Part shown: positions 7,649 through 18,841 of the stretch, one piece after another
How the letters are laid out: every line of letters begins with the position of its first letter
How positions within the stretch are numbered: position 1 is the first letter of the stretch
NCBI GenBank assembly: GCA_021734945.1
Contig: JAIPIA010000001.1
Coordinates: 308,415-372,414 of the forward strand
From: Minisyncoccota bacterium
GTDB taxonomy: Bacteria; Patescibacteriota; Minisyncoccia; Phycocordibacterales; CAIZLB01
DNA: 64,000 bases
Reading direction: 5' to 3'
Translations under genes and position numbers: made by a program
The notes under the pieces: generated by a model
Told to the model about the DNA's origin: nothing
Databases searched by the model: none
The model's input: only the letters and a program-made list of their open reading frames with translations

Positions 7649-9142
7649 TTAAGTCGTTAGATTGTTCCAAAATCGATTTGTAAAATTGAGCGCTTTAACT
7701 ACATGTTTTTCTGTAAAATTCTCATTCACACCGTGCATATTACAGTCATCATTACAGAGTGAAACCATCGCCATGGGCACCTTGAATATACTCTGAAAAT
7801 CAGCCACTACAGGTATAGATGCACCAATGGATTTGCATATAACTTCCCTTCCATATACGTCAGTAAGCAATGTTTTAACACTACTCAAAGCCTCGTGATC
7901 AGTATCAAGTCTAATAGCCTCACCGTGATCTTCAAATTCTACAGAAACATCTACGTGTGAAGGAGTATTTAGTCGCACAAAATTGGAAATAGATTTGATT
8001 ACCTCACTCGTTTTCTGTGGGTGCACAGTTCTAACATTGAGTCTTACTTCAGCTTTTCCTGGAATAATATTTTTAAATCCTTGCCCTACATATCCACCAG
8101 AAAATCCTGACACCTCGATCGTCGGATATAGCCCTATTTGCTCGTGAGCAGAAAGATTTTTCATAGTGGTAAGTGTTTTAACATCTGCGAGCTTTTGCAC
8201 ATTTTGAACATTAGAAATCTTCTGGTGTTGAGTTCTAGCTTCTTCAGACGGTTCAATCATTCCAGTATAAAATTCTCCAAAACTAATTGCATTTTCAGAT
8301 TTAATTTTAGATACAAGTGTCGCAAGTTCAAGCACTGCGTTTGGAATAGCACCACCATATAGACCTGAGTGTCTGTCGTTGCTAGATGTTGTATATGTCA
8401 CCTTCATATTTCCTCCACCTCTGTATGACATATCGAGAGTTGGATGTTCACCTACTATTTCACCATCGGATATGATAATAAAATCAGGTGCAAGTTCTTT
8501 TTTATTTTCCTTAAGAAGTTTAGCCAAATCCTCATTTCCAGACTCTTCATTTCCTTCAATAACAAAAGTTACGTTCGTAGTAAGTGCCCCGTTTTTAATA
8601 GCATTAAACACACCAACCATATGAGCTAGTATCTGCCCCTTATTATCAACCACACCTCTCGCTACAAGTCTGTCGCCTTTCTTTGTGAGTACAAATGGGT
8701 CAGTACTCCATCCATCAGATTTCTGCGCAGGTTGAACATCGTAGTGGCCGTAGACAAGAATATTTTTTGGTGACGCTGAAGTTTTTGCGGATGCGGCAGT
8801 TTTTGTGGAATTTACACTCGCATTTTTTTCAGCATTATTCTTTGTACTTTTAAGAGCGTTTTTAAGAGCATACTGGGCGACAACGACAGGATTAGTACTT
8901 TTACCTTTGAGAAGTTTCACTTTGAAACCATTTTCTTTAAAAATTTGAGTCAACCAATTCACAGCCTTTTTCATTTCATCTTTGTAAGTAAGGTCTGTTG
9001 AAACAGTCTTAAAAGCCACAAATTCTTTTAAAAGATTCATGTATTCTTTTTGTAAATTCTGTACCGCCAAAATTTGAGACTTACCCTGCGCAGTTTTTTG
9101 ATTTGAATCTCCCCCTTTTGATATGTTTGCTATTTTTTTCAT
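7649..9142 (-). CDS. M20/M25/M40 family metallopeptidase (dipeptidase-like)
   Basis: YGHYDVQP, ARGVVDNKG, EGNEESG, HSGLYGG, MHGVNE. Confidence 0.92.
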   Translation of the reverse strand: MKKIANISKGGDSNQKTAQGKSQILAVQNLQKEYMNLLKEFVAFKTVSTDLTYKDEMKKAVNWLTQIFKENGFKVKLLKGKSTNPVVVAQYALKNALKSTKNNAEKNASVNSTKTAASAKTSASPKNILVYGHYDVQPAQKSDGWSTDPFVLTKKGDRLVARGVVDNKGQILAHMVGVFNAIKNGALTTNVTFVIEGNEESGNEDLAKLLKENKKELAPDFIIISDGEIVGEHPTLDMSYRGGGNMKVTYTTSSNDRHSGLYGGAIPNAVLELATLVSKIKSENAISFGEFYTGMIEPSEEARTQHQKISNVQNVQKLADVKTLTTMKNLSAHEQIGLYPTIEVSGFSGGYVGQGFKNIIPGKAEVRLNVRTVHPQKTSEVIKSISNFVRLNTPSHVDVSVEFEDHGEAIRLDTDHEALSSVKTLLTDVYGREVICKSIGASIPVVADFQSIFKVPMAMVSLCNDDCNMHGVNENFTEKHVVKALNFTNRFWNNLTT

Positions 9143-9324
9143 TGTAATAAATTATAACTTACTTTTAGTAACCCTAACGTTTGATTGATTAAGTGCGAAT
9201 CAAGACGTTGTATTAAAAGGCTTATGAGAGGATTGAACTCTGCGATAAACCACCTGCGTGTGCAACAGTTTGTCTGAACAAACATTACATGTGCAGGATT
9301 TTTTCCTTCGACTCATGACGCACC

Positions 9325-9525
9325 TTACAGCGTGCAATGACCACCGCAACCTGGACCAGGTATTGGTAGCATATTTTTACGCTTCAGGTTTACTCTCATC
9401 GCTTCTTCTTTTGCCATTTGGTGCTTCGCCTCAGTACTTGAAATACTTTTTGGCTGTGCGACCATATGTGGTGAAATCGAACCGATGCTTCCATTCTGAC
9501 CTAACGATGCACTTGCGTTTTTCAT
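9325..9525 (-). CDS. Possible small orphan protein
   Basis: 66-aa ORF with A/C-rich leader; no family recognised. Confidence 0.3.
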   Translation of the reverse strand: MKNASASLGQNGSIGSISPHMVAQPKSISSTEAKHQMAKEEAMRVNLKRKNMLPIPGPGCGGHCTL

Positions 9526-9864
9526 AGTGTGTTTGGATAGTTTATTGTGAATGATACGAACCGAAAAAAGAACAAAGCCAGCTCATCGAGAGCTGGCTTG
9601 TATTATTCACTAGCATTTGCACCAGTATGAGTGCGAAGCTATTTTGTGAATTGGGTATTGAGTGAATCAACACAAGTCAGATCTCGAGAATATGAAAAAG
9701 GAAGCAGGTGCCAAAACCGCTTTGAAATATTCTTATGTCGATAACTTGTGCTGAAAAATTTCTGCATGAGTGCAATACTATGCTAGGTTAAAAATTCTGT
9801 CAAATATGGGTGTGTATAAGAAAAGAAAAACACCCACCTTTCGATGGATGTTTTTCTTTAAGAA

Positions 9865-10020
9865 TTACTTCTTGATTTCTTTGAAGATTTCTCTCTTTCG
9901 AGTCTTCTTACTAAACTTTTTGAATTCGAGTTTTCGCTCTACACCTTTCTTGTTTTTTGTAGTGTAAATAACCTCTCCTGTCTTCTTATTTGCTAGTTTT
10001 ATTAGTCGATCTTGTGCCAT
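9865..10020 (-). CDS. rpmG: 50S ribosomal protein L33 (Zn-free type); not in the ORF track
   Basis: Translated by hand: MAQDRLIKLANKKTGEVIYTTKNKKGVERKLEFKKFSKKTRKREIFKEIKK. Confidence 0.92.
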   Translation of the reverse strand: MAQDRLIKLANKKTGEVIYTTKNKKGVERKLEFKKFSKKTRKREIFKEIKK

Positions 10021-10115
10021 TTGTTTTAAATATTATTTATTTAAGATTAGCATAAATTCCCAATAAATCAAGGACTCTTTAAAGCCTTGTCCCTGGAATA
10101 TATCTCTAGCAATCT

Positions 10116-10202
10116 TGGTGCGCAGGGAAGGATTTGAACCTTCGAAGCCCATTGGGCGACAGATTTACAGTCTGTTGCGATTGACCACTCCGCCACCTGC
10201 GC
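10116..10202 (-). tRNA. tRNA-Tyr (GTA)
   Basis: ACAGA-CTGTAAA-TCTGT anticodon arm, long variable arm, encoded CCA. Confidence 0.95.
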
Positions 10203-10267
10203 ATGAGTGCCATAGTAGCATTTTATTTGAGTGGTTTCAACCCTAAACTTTTATATACATGTACCAA

Positions 10268-10338
10268 GTATCCTTTGTATATCCCTTATGTATCCCTTAT
10301 GTATCCGTTGTGTATCCTTTAGATACTTGATACATGTA
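10268..10338. repeat. Phased TATCC array (11-bp period) plus inverted GATAC units
   Basis: TATCC at 10269, 10280, 10291, 10302 and 10313, then GATACTTGATACAT. Confidence 0.8.
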
Positions 10339-10384
10339 GACCATTATTTCATGAGAGTCACTCACAAAAACTACTACAATATGC

Positions 10385-13126
10385 CTACACACCCGTAGCA
10401 ACCAAACTCTCTCGCACCAAACTGCTTTTCTCTGCTTTTTTCCCCTTCTTCACATCAAGTGTAAATTCACCACTTGCAACACCAAGTGAATTCTTCTCCC
10501 CTTTCTTTGGATCGAAATCAACTTTTACTGTTCCACCACGAACAACATCTTGTTCGATGATAAGAGATGCAACGGAGTTGAGAATCTTGTTTTGAATAAG
10601 TCGCTTGAGCGGACGAGCACCATACTGTGGGTTGTACCCTTCTTTAGCCAAATATTCGACTACAGCAGGAGTAAACTCAAGTTTGATGTCTTTGTCAGTA
10701 AGTCGCTCTTTAACCTTTTGGAGCTCAATAGACACAATGTTTTTAATTGCATCAGGACTTAGAATATCGAAGAGAATAATTTCATCGAGACGGTTCAAAA
10801 ACTCTGGTCGGAAATGTTCTTTGAGTGCTTCATTAACTTTTTCTTTTGTATCTTGATAATTCTCAGCGTCGTTCTTGCTCGCTGTAAATCCAATCTTTTG
10901 CATCTTATCGATATACTGAGCACCAATGTTTGATGTCATGATAATGATTGTATTTTTGAAGTTAATCAGACGGCCTTTTGAATCTGTAAGTCGCCCATTA
11001 TCAAGAACCTGAAGTAATACGTTGAAAATTTCAGGGTGAGCTTTTTCTATTTCATCAAAAAGAATAACTGAATACGGTCGATGCTTAACAATTTCAGTAA
11101 GAGAACCAGCATCTTCGTGTCCAACATATCCTGGTGGCGCGCCAATGATTTTTGATACCGCGTGCTTCTCCATGTATTCAGACATATCTACTCGGATGAG
11201 AGATTTTTCATCATCAAACATAAACTTTGCAAGAGCTTTTGTGAGCTCTGTCTTTCCTACTCCAGTTGGACCAAGGAAAATAAATGAACCAATAGGTCTC
11301 TGTGGATCGTTGATACCAGCACGTGAACGCTTGATAGTTTCAGCAATTTTCTTTACTGCCTCATCTTGTCCAACAACCTGTTTCTTGAGTTCCTCTTCCA
11401 TACGAGTAAGTTTCTTTGCTTCTTCTTCCATCATTCGAGCAACAGGAATACCAGTCCACTTTGCGACTACAGCAGCAATATCACTTTCTGTTATTTCTTC
11501 TTTAAGAATTTTTCGGAAAACTTGAAGTTTCTTGAGTCGTTTTGATTTTGCTTCGAGGTCTTTTTCGAGCATTGGAAGTCGCCCATATCTAATCTCTGCA
11601 ATTTTAGAAAGTTCTGATTTTTGCTCAGCGCGCTCTGCTTCTTGTCTTGCGGTTTCTATTTGCTTCTTGATGTTTTTTATATCAGAAATAGTCTCTTTTT
11701 CATTTATCCATTTTGCTTCAATCTCAGATGTTTGTGATCTGTAATCAGCAATTTCTTTTTCAATTTGTTTGAGTCTATCTTTTGTCTTTGTACTTGTATT
11801 TGAACTACCATCAATTTCTTTTGAGAGAGCTTCCTTTTCAATCTCTAATCGCATAATCTTTCGATGTGCGTCTTCAAGTTCTGCTGGCTTATTTTCAAGT
11901 GAAATCTTGAGAGCTGAAGCAGCTTCATCTATGAGGTCAACAGCTTTGTCAGGTAAAAATCTATCACTAATATATCTTGAAGAAAGATTTACAGCTGCGA
12001 TAATAGAGTCGTCAGTAATACGCACTCCGTGATAGAGCTCATATTTTTCTTTGAGTCCACGCATGATAGAGATAGCATCTTCAATAGATGGTTCTTGTAC
12101 ATATATAGGCTGAAAACGTCTCTGCAATGCTGGATCTTTTTCGATATGTTTCTGGTATTCCTTGAGAGTAGTCGCACCAATAGCTCGAAGTTCTCCTCGC
12201 GCAAGTGCGGGTTTGAGCATATTTGAAGCATCCATAGATCCTTCTGCTGCACCAGCACCTACAATAGTATGGATTTCATCAACAAAAAGAATGATTTTAC
12301 CTTCAGATTTTTCAATTTCTTTGAGAATATTTTTAAGTCGCTCTTCAAACTCACCACGGTATTTTGTACCTGCAATAAGAATGCCCAAATCTAGCGATAC
12401 AAGCTCTTTGTCTTTGAGAGATTCTGGAACATCTCCTGCTGCTATACGACTTGCTAGACCCTCTGCGATAGCTGTTTTTCCTACACCGGCTTCACCAATA
12501 AGAATAGGATTATTTTTTGTACGTCGTGAAAGAATTTGAATAACACGCATTACTTCTGGATCTCGCCCAATCATAGGATCGAGCTTATGCTCACGAGCCA
12601 TAGTCGTAAGGTTACGAGTATATTTTTGAATTGCTTTTTGTTTTTTATTTGAACCGGTATCTCCATGACCTGCTACTTTATTCTGTTTAAATTCTTGAAG
12701 GGCTTTTACAACTGCGTCACGTTCGATCTTGAATCGTGCGAGCATTTCTTTAGCAGGATTACTATTATCAAATATAGAAAGGAAAAGATGTTCTACAGAT
12801 ACAAACTCATCTTTCATAGAGGCTGCAACTTTTGCTGAGTTCTCAATAATCTGTGCCAACTCAGGAGTGAGGTATAGCTGATATGAAGGTGCAATAGTAG
12901 ATGCAGATTCACCACTCTCAATAGCTTCGAGAACATTGTCAGTCAAAAGGAGTGTGTCCACCTCAAGTCGCTCAAGCACAGAAAAAACAATACTGTCCTC
13001 TTGGACAAGCAAAGACGTAAGCAAGTGAATAGGACTCACATGGTTTTGTGCACGCTCTATAGCCAGCTCATGAGCCTTCTTAATCGCTTCTTTTGCTTTT
13101 GTTGTGAAGTGGTTGAATGGTGGCAT
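10385..13126 (-). CDS. clpB: ATP-dependent chaperone ClpB
   Basis: Two AAA+ domains ([16 protein letters not shown]), long coiled-coil M domain, GARPL. Confidence 0.95.
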   Translation of the reverse strand: MPPFNHFTTKAKEAIKKAHELAIERAQNHVSPIHLLTSLLVQEDSIVFSVLERLEVDTLLLTDNVLEAIESGESASTIAPSYQLYLTPELAQIIENSAKVAASMKDEFVSVEHLFLSIFDNSNPAKEMLARFKIERDAVVKALQEFKQNKVAGHGDTGSNKKQKAIQKYTRNLTTMAREHKLDPMIGRDPEVMRVIQILSRRTKNNPILIGEAGVGKTAIAEGLASRIAAGDVPESLKDKELVSLDLGILIAGTKYRGEFEERLKNILKEIEKSEGKIILFVDEIHTIVGAGAAEGSMDASNMLKPALARGELRAIGATTLKEYQKHIEKDPALQRRFQPIYVQEPSIEDAISIMRGLKEKYELYHGVRITDDSIIAAVNLSSRYISDRFLPDKAVDLIDEAASALKISLENKPAELEDAHRKIMRLEIEKEALSKEIDGSSNTSTKTKDRLKQIEKEIADYRSQTSEIEAKWINEKETISDIKNIKKQIETARQEAERAEQKSELSKIAEIRYGRLPMLEKDLEAKSKRLKKLQVFRKILKEEITESDIAAVVAKWTGIPVARMMEEEAKKLTRMEEELKKQVVGQDEAVKKIAETIKRSRAGINDPQRPIGSFIFLGPTGVGKTELTKALAKFMFDDEKSLIRVDMSEYMEKHAVSKIIGAPPGYVGHEDAGSLTEIVKHRPYSVILFDEIEKAHPEIFNVLLQVLDNGRLTDSKGRLINFKNTIIIMTSNIGAQYIDKMQKIGFTASKNDAENYQDTKEKVNEALKEHFRPEFLNRLDEIILFDILSPDAIKNIVSIELQKVKERLTDKDIKLEFTPAVVEYLAKEGYNPQYGARPLKRLIQNKILNSVASLIIEQDVVRGGTVKVDFDPKKGEKNSLGVASGEFTLDVKKGKKAEKSSLVRESLVATGV

Positions 13127-13419
13127 ATTGTTGGTTGATTATGTATCTTTTTTCTATAGCTGATTCCTATTCTAACTTGGAATACCTGAAATTTCTATGA
13201 AGAAAATCTAAAGTATTACCACATAGCGTCCAGAGTGACTGAAATGACCTCTGGAATGACCGAAATACCTATCTAGATAGCCATTATAGCATACGAGTCA
13301 AGTATAAACATATCTGAGATATAAGGTGGAAAATCATAGTATTAATGTAGTTTATTTTAAAAAAGAAAAACTCACCGAGGAAGGGTAAGTTCCCCTTTGG
13401 TGAGTTGATTCATGTCAGC

Positions 13420-13899
13420 TTAAATGAGCTGTAACTGCTTTGCTTTCGGCTCTTCAAAGTCTGGTTCCCAACTGTAATTTCCAGTCCCTGGAATTACCCA
13501 GCTTGACCCCAATGGAATCCCGAGACTTCGAAGTGTACTACGCAAAGTCCTGACTCTCGCATATCCCATACCAGAATATTTCCTTACATGTTCTCCGCCA
13601 CTTTCGAGCACCTCACCAATTGTAGTCAAACCATAGCGCAAAAGCGCGCTGCGGATATTATTCCCATCCTCCATCTGAAGGGACTCGAGTGTTCTGATGC
13701 GGAGTTTGGCAAGTTCTGCTTTCTTCAGTTTACGTGGCGGTTTTGAACCTGGTTCAAACTGTTCACCGACAGCACCTACATGAATCGTAACTTTGAGAGA
13801 AACGGTAGCATCGGCCGCCACTATGTTTTGGGCCCGCAACCACACCAACACCATTGCGTTGAATGCCTTTGACTGTTCTTCGTCTAATTTTATTTTCAT
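13420..13899 (-). CDS. Orphan protein with RNA polymerase alpha-CTD-like domain
   Basis: LESLQM..NIRSALLRYGLTTIGEVL....VRKYSGMGYARVRTLRSTLRSLGIPL follows the alpha-CTD helix-hairpin-helix pattern. Confidence 0.6.
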   Translation of the reverse strand: MKIKLDEEQSKAFNAMVLVWLRAQNIVAADATVSLKVTIHVGAVGEQFEPGSKPPRKLKKAELAKLRIRTLESLQMEDGNNIRSALLRYGLTTIGEVLESGGEHVRKYSGMGYARVRTLRSTLRSLGIPLGSSWVIPGTGNYSWEPDFEEPKAKQLQLI

Positions 13900-14103
13900 A
13901 GATCTCTTGTGTGTTCTGTGTTTTTTGACGTTTGATTTTTATTCTTACATTCTAATTTAAGTCTAAAAATTATATGAATTTTACCCGCACACTTTATAAC
14001 ACAAAAGATATTTCTTGTACATACTTTCCTCTTTTTTTAAGACCTAAGCGACTGCAATTGAATATATTCCAAATATTGGCAAATATGAAAAATATGAGCA
14101 ATT

Positions 14104-15546
14104 TTATTTTCCAATAACCTCAACAAGAGTCTTTAAAAGACTTCTAACATCCCCCATCGTTGTAAATCTTCCAAGTGTGATTCGCAGAGAACTTTTTCCA
14201 CAATTTTTAGAACTATTATTTGTGTCCTCGCCTCCATTATTACTTGCTTCATCATTTTTCTTTACACCAGTACTCAAAGCCTCAACAACATATGAAGTTG
14301 AATCTTCATTTTTAGATCGACAACTTGTTACCGAAGAAACACATACTCCACGAACATCAAGACGCAGTACCGCGTATTCTGCATCCATTCCCTCCACACA
14401 CATATTTAAATTATTTGGAACACGCAATGCATTTCCATAATGATCATTTTCATAAGTACCATTAAAAATTATTTTTGGAATTTTTTCAGCACTTTCGGCC
14501 TTTTTTATTTCATCAACCAAAAAATCTCGCATCTTACCCAGTCGAGCAGATTCTTTATCTTTTTCAGCAATCGCCAAATCCATGGCATACGCAAATCCTG
14601 AAATACCTGCAACATTCTCAGTTCCCGCTCGAAGATCATTTTCCTGACTACCCCCTATTTGTATAGACGAAATAGACTTTGATTGAATAACACTTCTCTT
14701 TATATATAGAGCACCAACACTTCTCGGACCATAAAACTTTGCACTATCAAGCGTCATCATATCCACGCCAAGTGTAGGAATACGAAGTGAACAAAAAAGT
14801 ACTGCCTGACATGCGTCTGTATGAACGAGCGGATAAATTGAAGAATACGTCATTGGTTTCTCGTTTTTTTCAACAACTAATTCTAGTTTTGCTTTTTTGT
14901 AATGCCGTACAATTTTAGAAATTTCAGAAATTGGCTGAATTGTTCCAATCTCATTATTCACATACATAATAGAAACCAAAATAGTTTCTGGACGAAGTGC
15001 TTTTTTCAATTCTTTTAAATCCACAATTCCATCCGAACCGACTGGAATAAAAGTAACATCACACTCACCTGATTCTTGATATTGGAGCAAAAGCTCTCGC
15101 ACAGCCGGATGCTCTATAACAGACGAGATAATATGAGGCCTTATTTGAGAACTTAGAGACCCAACACTCATCTTGTTTGTGTCATCTCCCTTTTCTACCT
15201 TATCTACCTTTTGTAAATTTGCTCTATAAGCTTTCAAAACACCTTGTATTGCAAGATTATTTGACTCTGTACCTCCTGATGTAAAGACTATCTCATCAGC
15301 ATGAGATTCAAGATGTTTAGCAACCTTAGCCCGAGCCTGTTCGAGCTGCTTAAAAGATTCAACTCCCTCTCTATATAGTGAGCTTGGGTTTGCCGGATAT
15401 TCTTTAGAAATTTTTGATACAAATTTTATAACCCGCTCATCTACTGGCGTCATTGAGGTGTAATCAAGATATATTCTCATTTGATTGTTTTTTAGACTCA
15501 AATTTTGACTTAATTTCTGGCCGAACTTAGAAAAGAAACTGTTCAT
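14104..15546 (-). CDS. iscS: Cysteine desulfurase (IscS/NifS family)
   Basis: IYLDY, FTSGGTESNN, NNEIGTIQP, HTDACQ, SAKFYGP, RAGTEN, VSSVTSC; possible start at MRIYLDY. Confidence 0.9.
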   Translation of the reverse strand: MNSFFSKFGQKLSQNLSLKNNQMRIYLDYTSMTPVDERVIKFVSKISKEYPANPSSLYREGVESFKQLEQARAKVAKHLESHADEIVFTSGGTESNNLAIQGVLKAYRANLQKVDKVEKGDDTNKMSVGSLSSQIRPHIISSVIEHPAVRELLLQYQESGECDVTFIPVGSDGIVDLKELKKALRPETILVSIMYVNNEIGTIQPISEISKIVRHYKKAKLELVVEKNEKPMTYSSIYPLVHTDACQAVLFCSLRIPTLGVDMMTLDSAKFYGPRSVGALYIKRSVIQSKSISSIQIGGSQENDLRAGTENVAGISGFAYAMDLAIAEKDKESARLGKMRDFLVDEIKKAESAEKIPKIIFNGTYENDHYGNALRVPNNLNMCVEGMDAEYAVLRLDVRGVCVSSVTSCRSKNEDSTSYVVEALSTGVKKNDEASNNGGEDTNNSSKNCGKSSLRITLGRFTTMGDVRSLLKTLVEVIGK

Positions 15547-15590
15547 AATTTAACTATACAAAAAAGTATTGACTCTGTATACTTTTACAC

Positions 15591-16100
15591 ATGAATTTAG
15601 CATCTGTTGTACAAATCCCTGGACTTGGTCAAACATCTCTCGAATTACTTATTATTATATTACTAGTCCTCATTTGCTTAATACTATTTGGTCTTGTTAT
15701 CCAAGCCCACCGCCGAATCACAAAAATGCTTCGTGGAAATAACACAATGACTATAGAGGAATCTATCATTGAGCTTGCAAAAGAACTTGATACTCTCACT
15801 GACTTCAAGGAAAAAGCTGAGGTATATCACAAGCTTGTAGAACAGCGTCTCCGAAAGTCTGTACAGTCTATTGAAACAAAACGATTCAATCCATTCAAAG
15901 GTTCAGGTGCTGGAGGAAACCAAAGTTTCGCATCTGCTTTTATAAATGAAAATGGTGATGGTCTTATTCTCTCAAGTCTCTACTCTAGTGATCGAATGAG
16001 TGTTTTTGCAAAGCCAGTACAAGGATTTGCTTCATCTTTTGAACTTACAGAGGAAGAAGCATCTGCACTTGAAGACGCACAGAAGAGGGTTATTCTTTAG
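15591..16100 (+). CDS. DUF4446-like membrane-anchored protein
   Basis: N-terminal TM, RFNPF..GGNQSFASA..G.ILSSLY...FAKPV..G.S..ELTEEE. Confidence 0.8.
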   Translation: MNLASVVQIPGLGQTSLELLIIILLVLICLILFGLVIQAHRRITKMLRGNNTMTIEESIIELAKELDTLTDFKEKAEVYHKLVEQRLRKSVQSIETKRFNPFKGSGAGGNQSFASAFINENGDGLILSSLYSSDRMSVFAKPVQGFASSFELTEEEASALEDAQKRVIL

Positions 16101-16259
16101 GTTTTGCAGTATCAATTTTATAGCAGATGGATTTTATAGGTAGTTTTTGTGTATCCCAAAATTTCAAAAAAGAAAAAACACCGACTTTCGACGGGTTTTC
16201 TCCGTTGAAGCGGTGCTTAGATTTGAGTTGATAGTCATAACAGTTAGTCACGACATTTA

Positions 16260-16784
16260 TCACTCTGCGGCAGGTGGATCTGGAACTTGGTCCTCGAGTT
16301 CACGAATACGTCCCGTGATAATGTCTAGGATGTGTGGCCAGCTCAACGCAGCCTCAGTATAGCTCGACAAAGAATAACTTTTAGCCCAGTCACACTGCTC
16401 TGCATCTCCATCCCATACAAAATGTGTGACACTGAATGCTCTTTTCCCAAAGCAAAAGAAGTATGAGTTTCCTATATTAAAGTCTGAGAACATACTTCCT
16501 GGAGGCGCAATGTTTATCATGACAACAAAAGCGATTTCTTCTGGTTTTGGCCAGTCGAGAATTTTATAGTCATCTTCCAACATTTTCTCTACTCGCAATT
16601 TTTCCGCAGCATTCCTGTAGAACTGACCAAAAGCATCATCTCTGGGACGGATAAGATAGACCCTTTCAGACAACCCATTAAAAAAGGCAATCCATCTCTC
16701 CATTTTTTTCAAGTCTACACTCGGAATGACAATCTGCACCGACGGTGGTTCCGGAACAAGCTCCTTATCATTTTTTTGTGACAT
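16260..16784 (-). CDS. Orphan hypothetical protein
   Basis: 174-aa ORF with A/C-rich leader and TGA stop. Confidence 0.6.
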   Translation of the reverse strand: MSQKNDKELVPEPPSVQIVIPSVDLKKMERWIAFFNGLSERVYLIRPRDDAFGQFYRNAAEKLRVEKMLEDDYKILDWPKPEEIAFVVMINIAPPGSMFSDFNIGNSYFFCFGKRAFSVTHFVWDGDAEQCDWAKSYSLSSYTEAALSWPHILDIITGRIRELEDQVPDPPAAE

Positions 16785-16943
16785 TTGTTTAGGTCTTTCA
16801 ATTTTTGGTTTTTGTGGTTTTTTATGAATTTAAGTCAAACAACGATTTGAGCATCATAGTATTCTTAAGTATAGAAATGTAAAGAAAACCACACTGTATG
16901 GACTCCATGCAACAGTTAACGTCACGGAGAAACTACCTAAAAC

Positions 16944-17042
16944 AAAAGACCCCCTTCGGGGCCTTTTTGCGCATTATTTTAATGAATTTGACTGTTATTT
17001 CTTTGCTGGTTTAGCTTTCTTGGCAACCTTAGCTTTCTTTAC
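16944..17042 (-). repeat. Displaced copy of rpmF 3' end plus terminator
   Basis: 16996-17042 is identical (47 bp) to 17939-17985; the AAAAGACCCC-GGGGCCTTTT hairpin is also duplicated. Confidence 0.92.
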
Positions 17043-17140
17043 CTTTTATAGTTTCCACCTTTAAATACATAATCAGCATAAATATTTTAATACAGGTAGC
17101 AATCTTAAGCCCCTGGCAGTATTGCGTCTGCTACCAAATA

Positions 17141-17803
17141 ATGGTAAAAATCTCCTGGAACCCAAACAAAAAGCTTAGTATGACACACGCATCAAACACG
17201 GTACTTAATCCCAAAGAGAATGTTGATGCTGTTGAAGCATTGACGCAGCGGTTTATTGATGGCGATGTAGAAGCCTTTACTGAACTGTATCAAAAAGTTA
17301 GGGGTATCCTGATTTCACATATCAGGCAGATCTTTCGCGGAGCATATGAAGAAGACATCTTTTCTGAAGCAATGGATGCTGCATGGAGGAAAAGACATAC
17401 CTACAATCAGAGAAAAGGCAAACTAGTTTTTTGGCTGACATCAATTGCCAGAAAAAAAGCCATCGATTTCCTGCGAAGGGTCGACGCGAGAGAAAGAATG
17501 TTAGACAGGTACAAAACAGCGTTAAGTTCAGATCCATCAAACAGGATCCATCACGAGGATACTGGAATTCGTCACCTCTTCCAAGAGGAGGAAGGGCAAA
17601 GAATCTTGGAAATCATGAAGAGACACCTTACTGAGGTCCAGGTCCAGGTGATGACTCTTCATTGGATTGCAAGAAAGTCGCAGAGGACAATCTCGGACGA
17701 ACAGAATATTCCACTCGGAACGGTGAAAGATCGCCTAAAATCAGGACTTGGTAATCTGATTCGACACGTCCAAAGGGAACCCTTCTACAAAGACCGCAGC
17801 TGA
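17141..17803 (+). CDS. ECF-type sigma-70 factor
   Basis: GDVEAFTELY, WLTSIARKKAIDFLRR (region 2), SQRTISDEQNIPLGTVKDRL (region 4). Confidence 0.88.
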   Translation: MVKISWNPNKKLSMTHASNTVLNPKENVDAVEALTQRFIDGDVEAFTELYQKVRGILISHIRQIFRGAYEEDIFSEAMDAAWRKRHTYNQRKGKLVFWLTSIARKKAIDFLRRVDARERMLDRYKTALSSDPSNRIHHEDTGIRHLFQEEEGQRILEIMKRHLTEVQVQVMTLHWIARKSQRTISDEQNIPLGTVKDRLKSGLGNLIRHVQREPFYKDRS

Positions 17804-17937
17804 AGCCATAAGGCAGAGGAAAACCTCTTGCCGGCTCACAGCAGGCGGTTTTTCTTTTGTCTAATTTTATACAAAAATCAAAGGCTATAAACATATGCAA
17901 GTAATGAAAAAGACCCCTTTCGGGGCCTTTTAATTGA

Positions 17938-18198
17938 CTATTTCTTTGCTGGTTTAGCTTTCTTGGCAACCTTAGCTTTCTTTACTTTAGCTTTTGGTTC
18001 CTTCTTAGCAGTTTTGGGTAGTTTCTCTTTTTTAGCAAGAGCGTTCTTACCTTTGTAGAGTCCACATGCAGAACATGCAATGTGCTTTAGTTTAGGCTGT
18101 CCGCAGTTTACGCAAAGAATGAAACCAACACCCTTAAGAGCGTGGTGGCTTCGTCGGTTTCGAGTGTGACCTCGAGTATGTCGCATGTGATTTACCAT
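17938..18198 (-). CDS. rpmF: 50S ribosomal protein L32 with K/A-rich tail
   Basis: RRSHHAL..CVNCG..KLKHIACSACGLYKG. Confidence 0.95.
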   Translation of the reverse strand: MVNHMRHTRGHTRNRRSHHALKGVGFILCVNCGQPKLKHIACSACGLYKGKNALAKKEKLPKTAKKEPKAKVKKAKVAKKAKPAKK

Positions 18199-18409
18199 AG
18201 TTCCTAAAGTATACTTATTTTTCTAATTTTGGCAAACGTCATATATCCACTTTGGTCATTTTGGCCGTCTAGTCTCTTTAAATTACCTGAAGTTTTTATA
18301 AAAATATTTACTAAGATTATGTATGAAAATTGAAAACCGCCTTGGTGGTGGCGGTCTCCTGAGTGGATCAGGTGTATAGTATATATGGTTGATGCACATA
18401 TTTAAACCA

Positions 18410-18703
18410 CTAACGTTTGAAAACATGATTAAGTCTCAGACTAAGCCAGACTTTCAAAAATTTGAGGGATTTAGGCATCCAAAAATTGGCCTCGACATTC
18501 CTAACTTGAATACCTTTGATATCTTGCCGTTGAAGCTCTTGATACTCAGCCAAAACTGCAGCTGAAACATCATTACGGAGGAGACTCATGCCTGTAAAGT
18601 ACTCAGGGTGTTCCATACGATATGTATACACTCTCTCCCCCTCACCAGGACTCCGCTCGTACCAAACAGCAGGTCTCCGATTAGACACAGACAAAATTTT
18701 CAT
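18410..18703 (-). CDS. Orphan hypothetical protein
   Basis: 97-aa ORF followed by a hairpin near 18334-18356. Confidence 0.45.
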   Translation of the reverse strand: MKILSVSNRRPAVWYERSPGEGERVYTYRMEHPEYFTGMSLLRNDVSAAVLAEYQELQRQDIKGIQVRNVEANFWMPKSLKFLKVWLSLRLNHVFKR

Positions 18704-18841
18704 GATTTAAAATTCTTAAAAGGTTCCAAAATCTTGATCATCCTGGAAACAGCACGGGTTTCAGGCAAGATTAATCTTATGTTATATGAACCTATTATTT
18801 AGTCAATTTTGTATAATTTAGATTTTATTTTTATCTTAATT

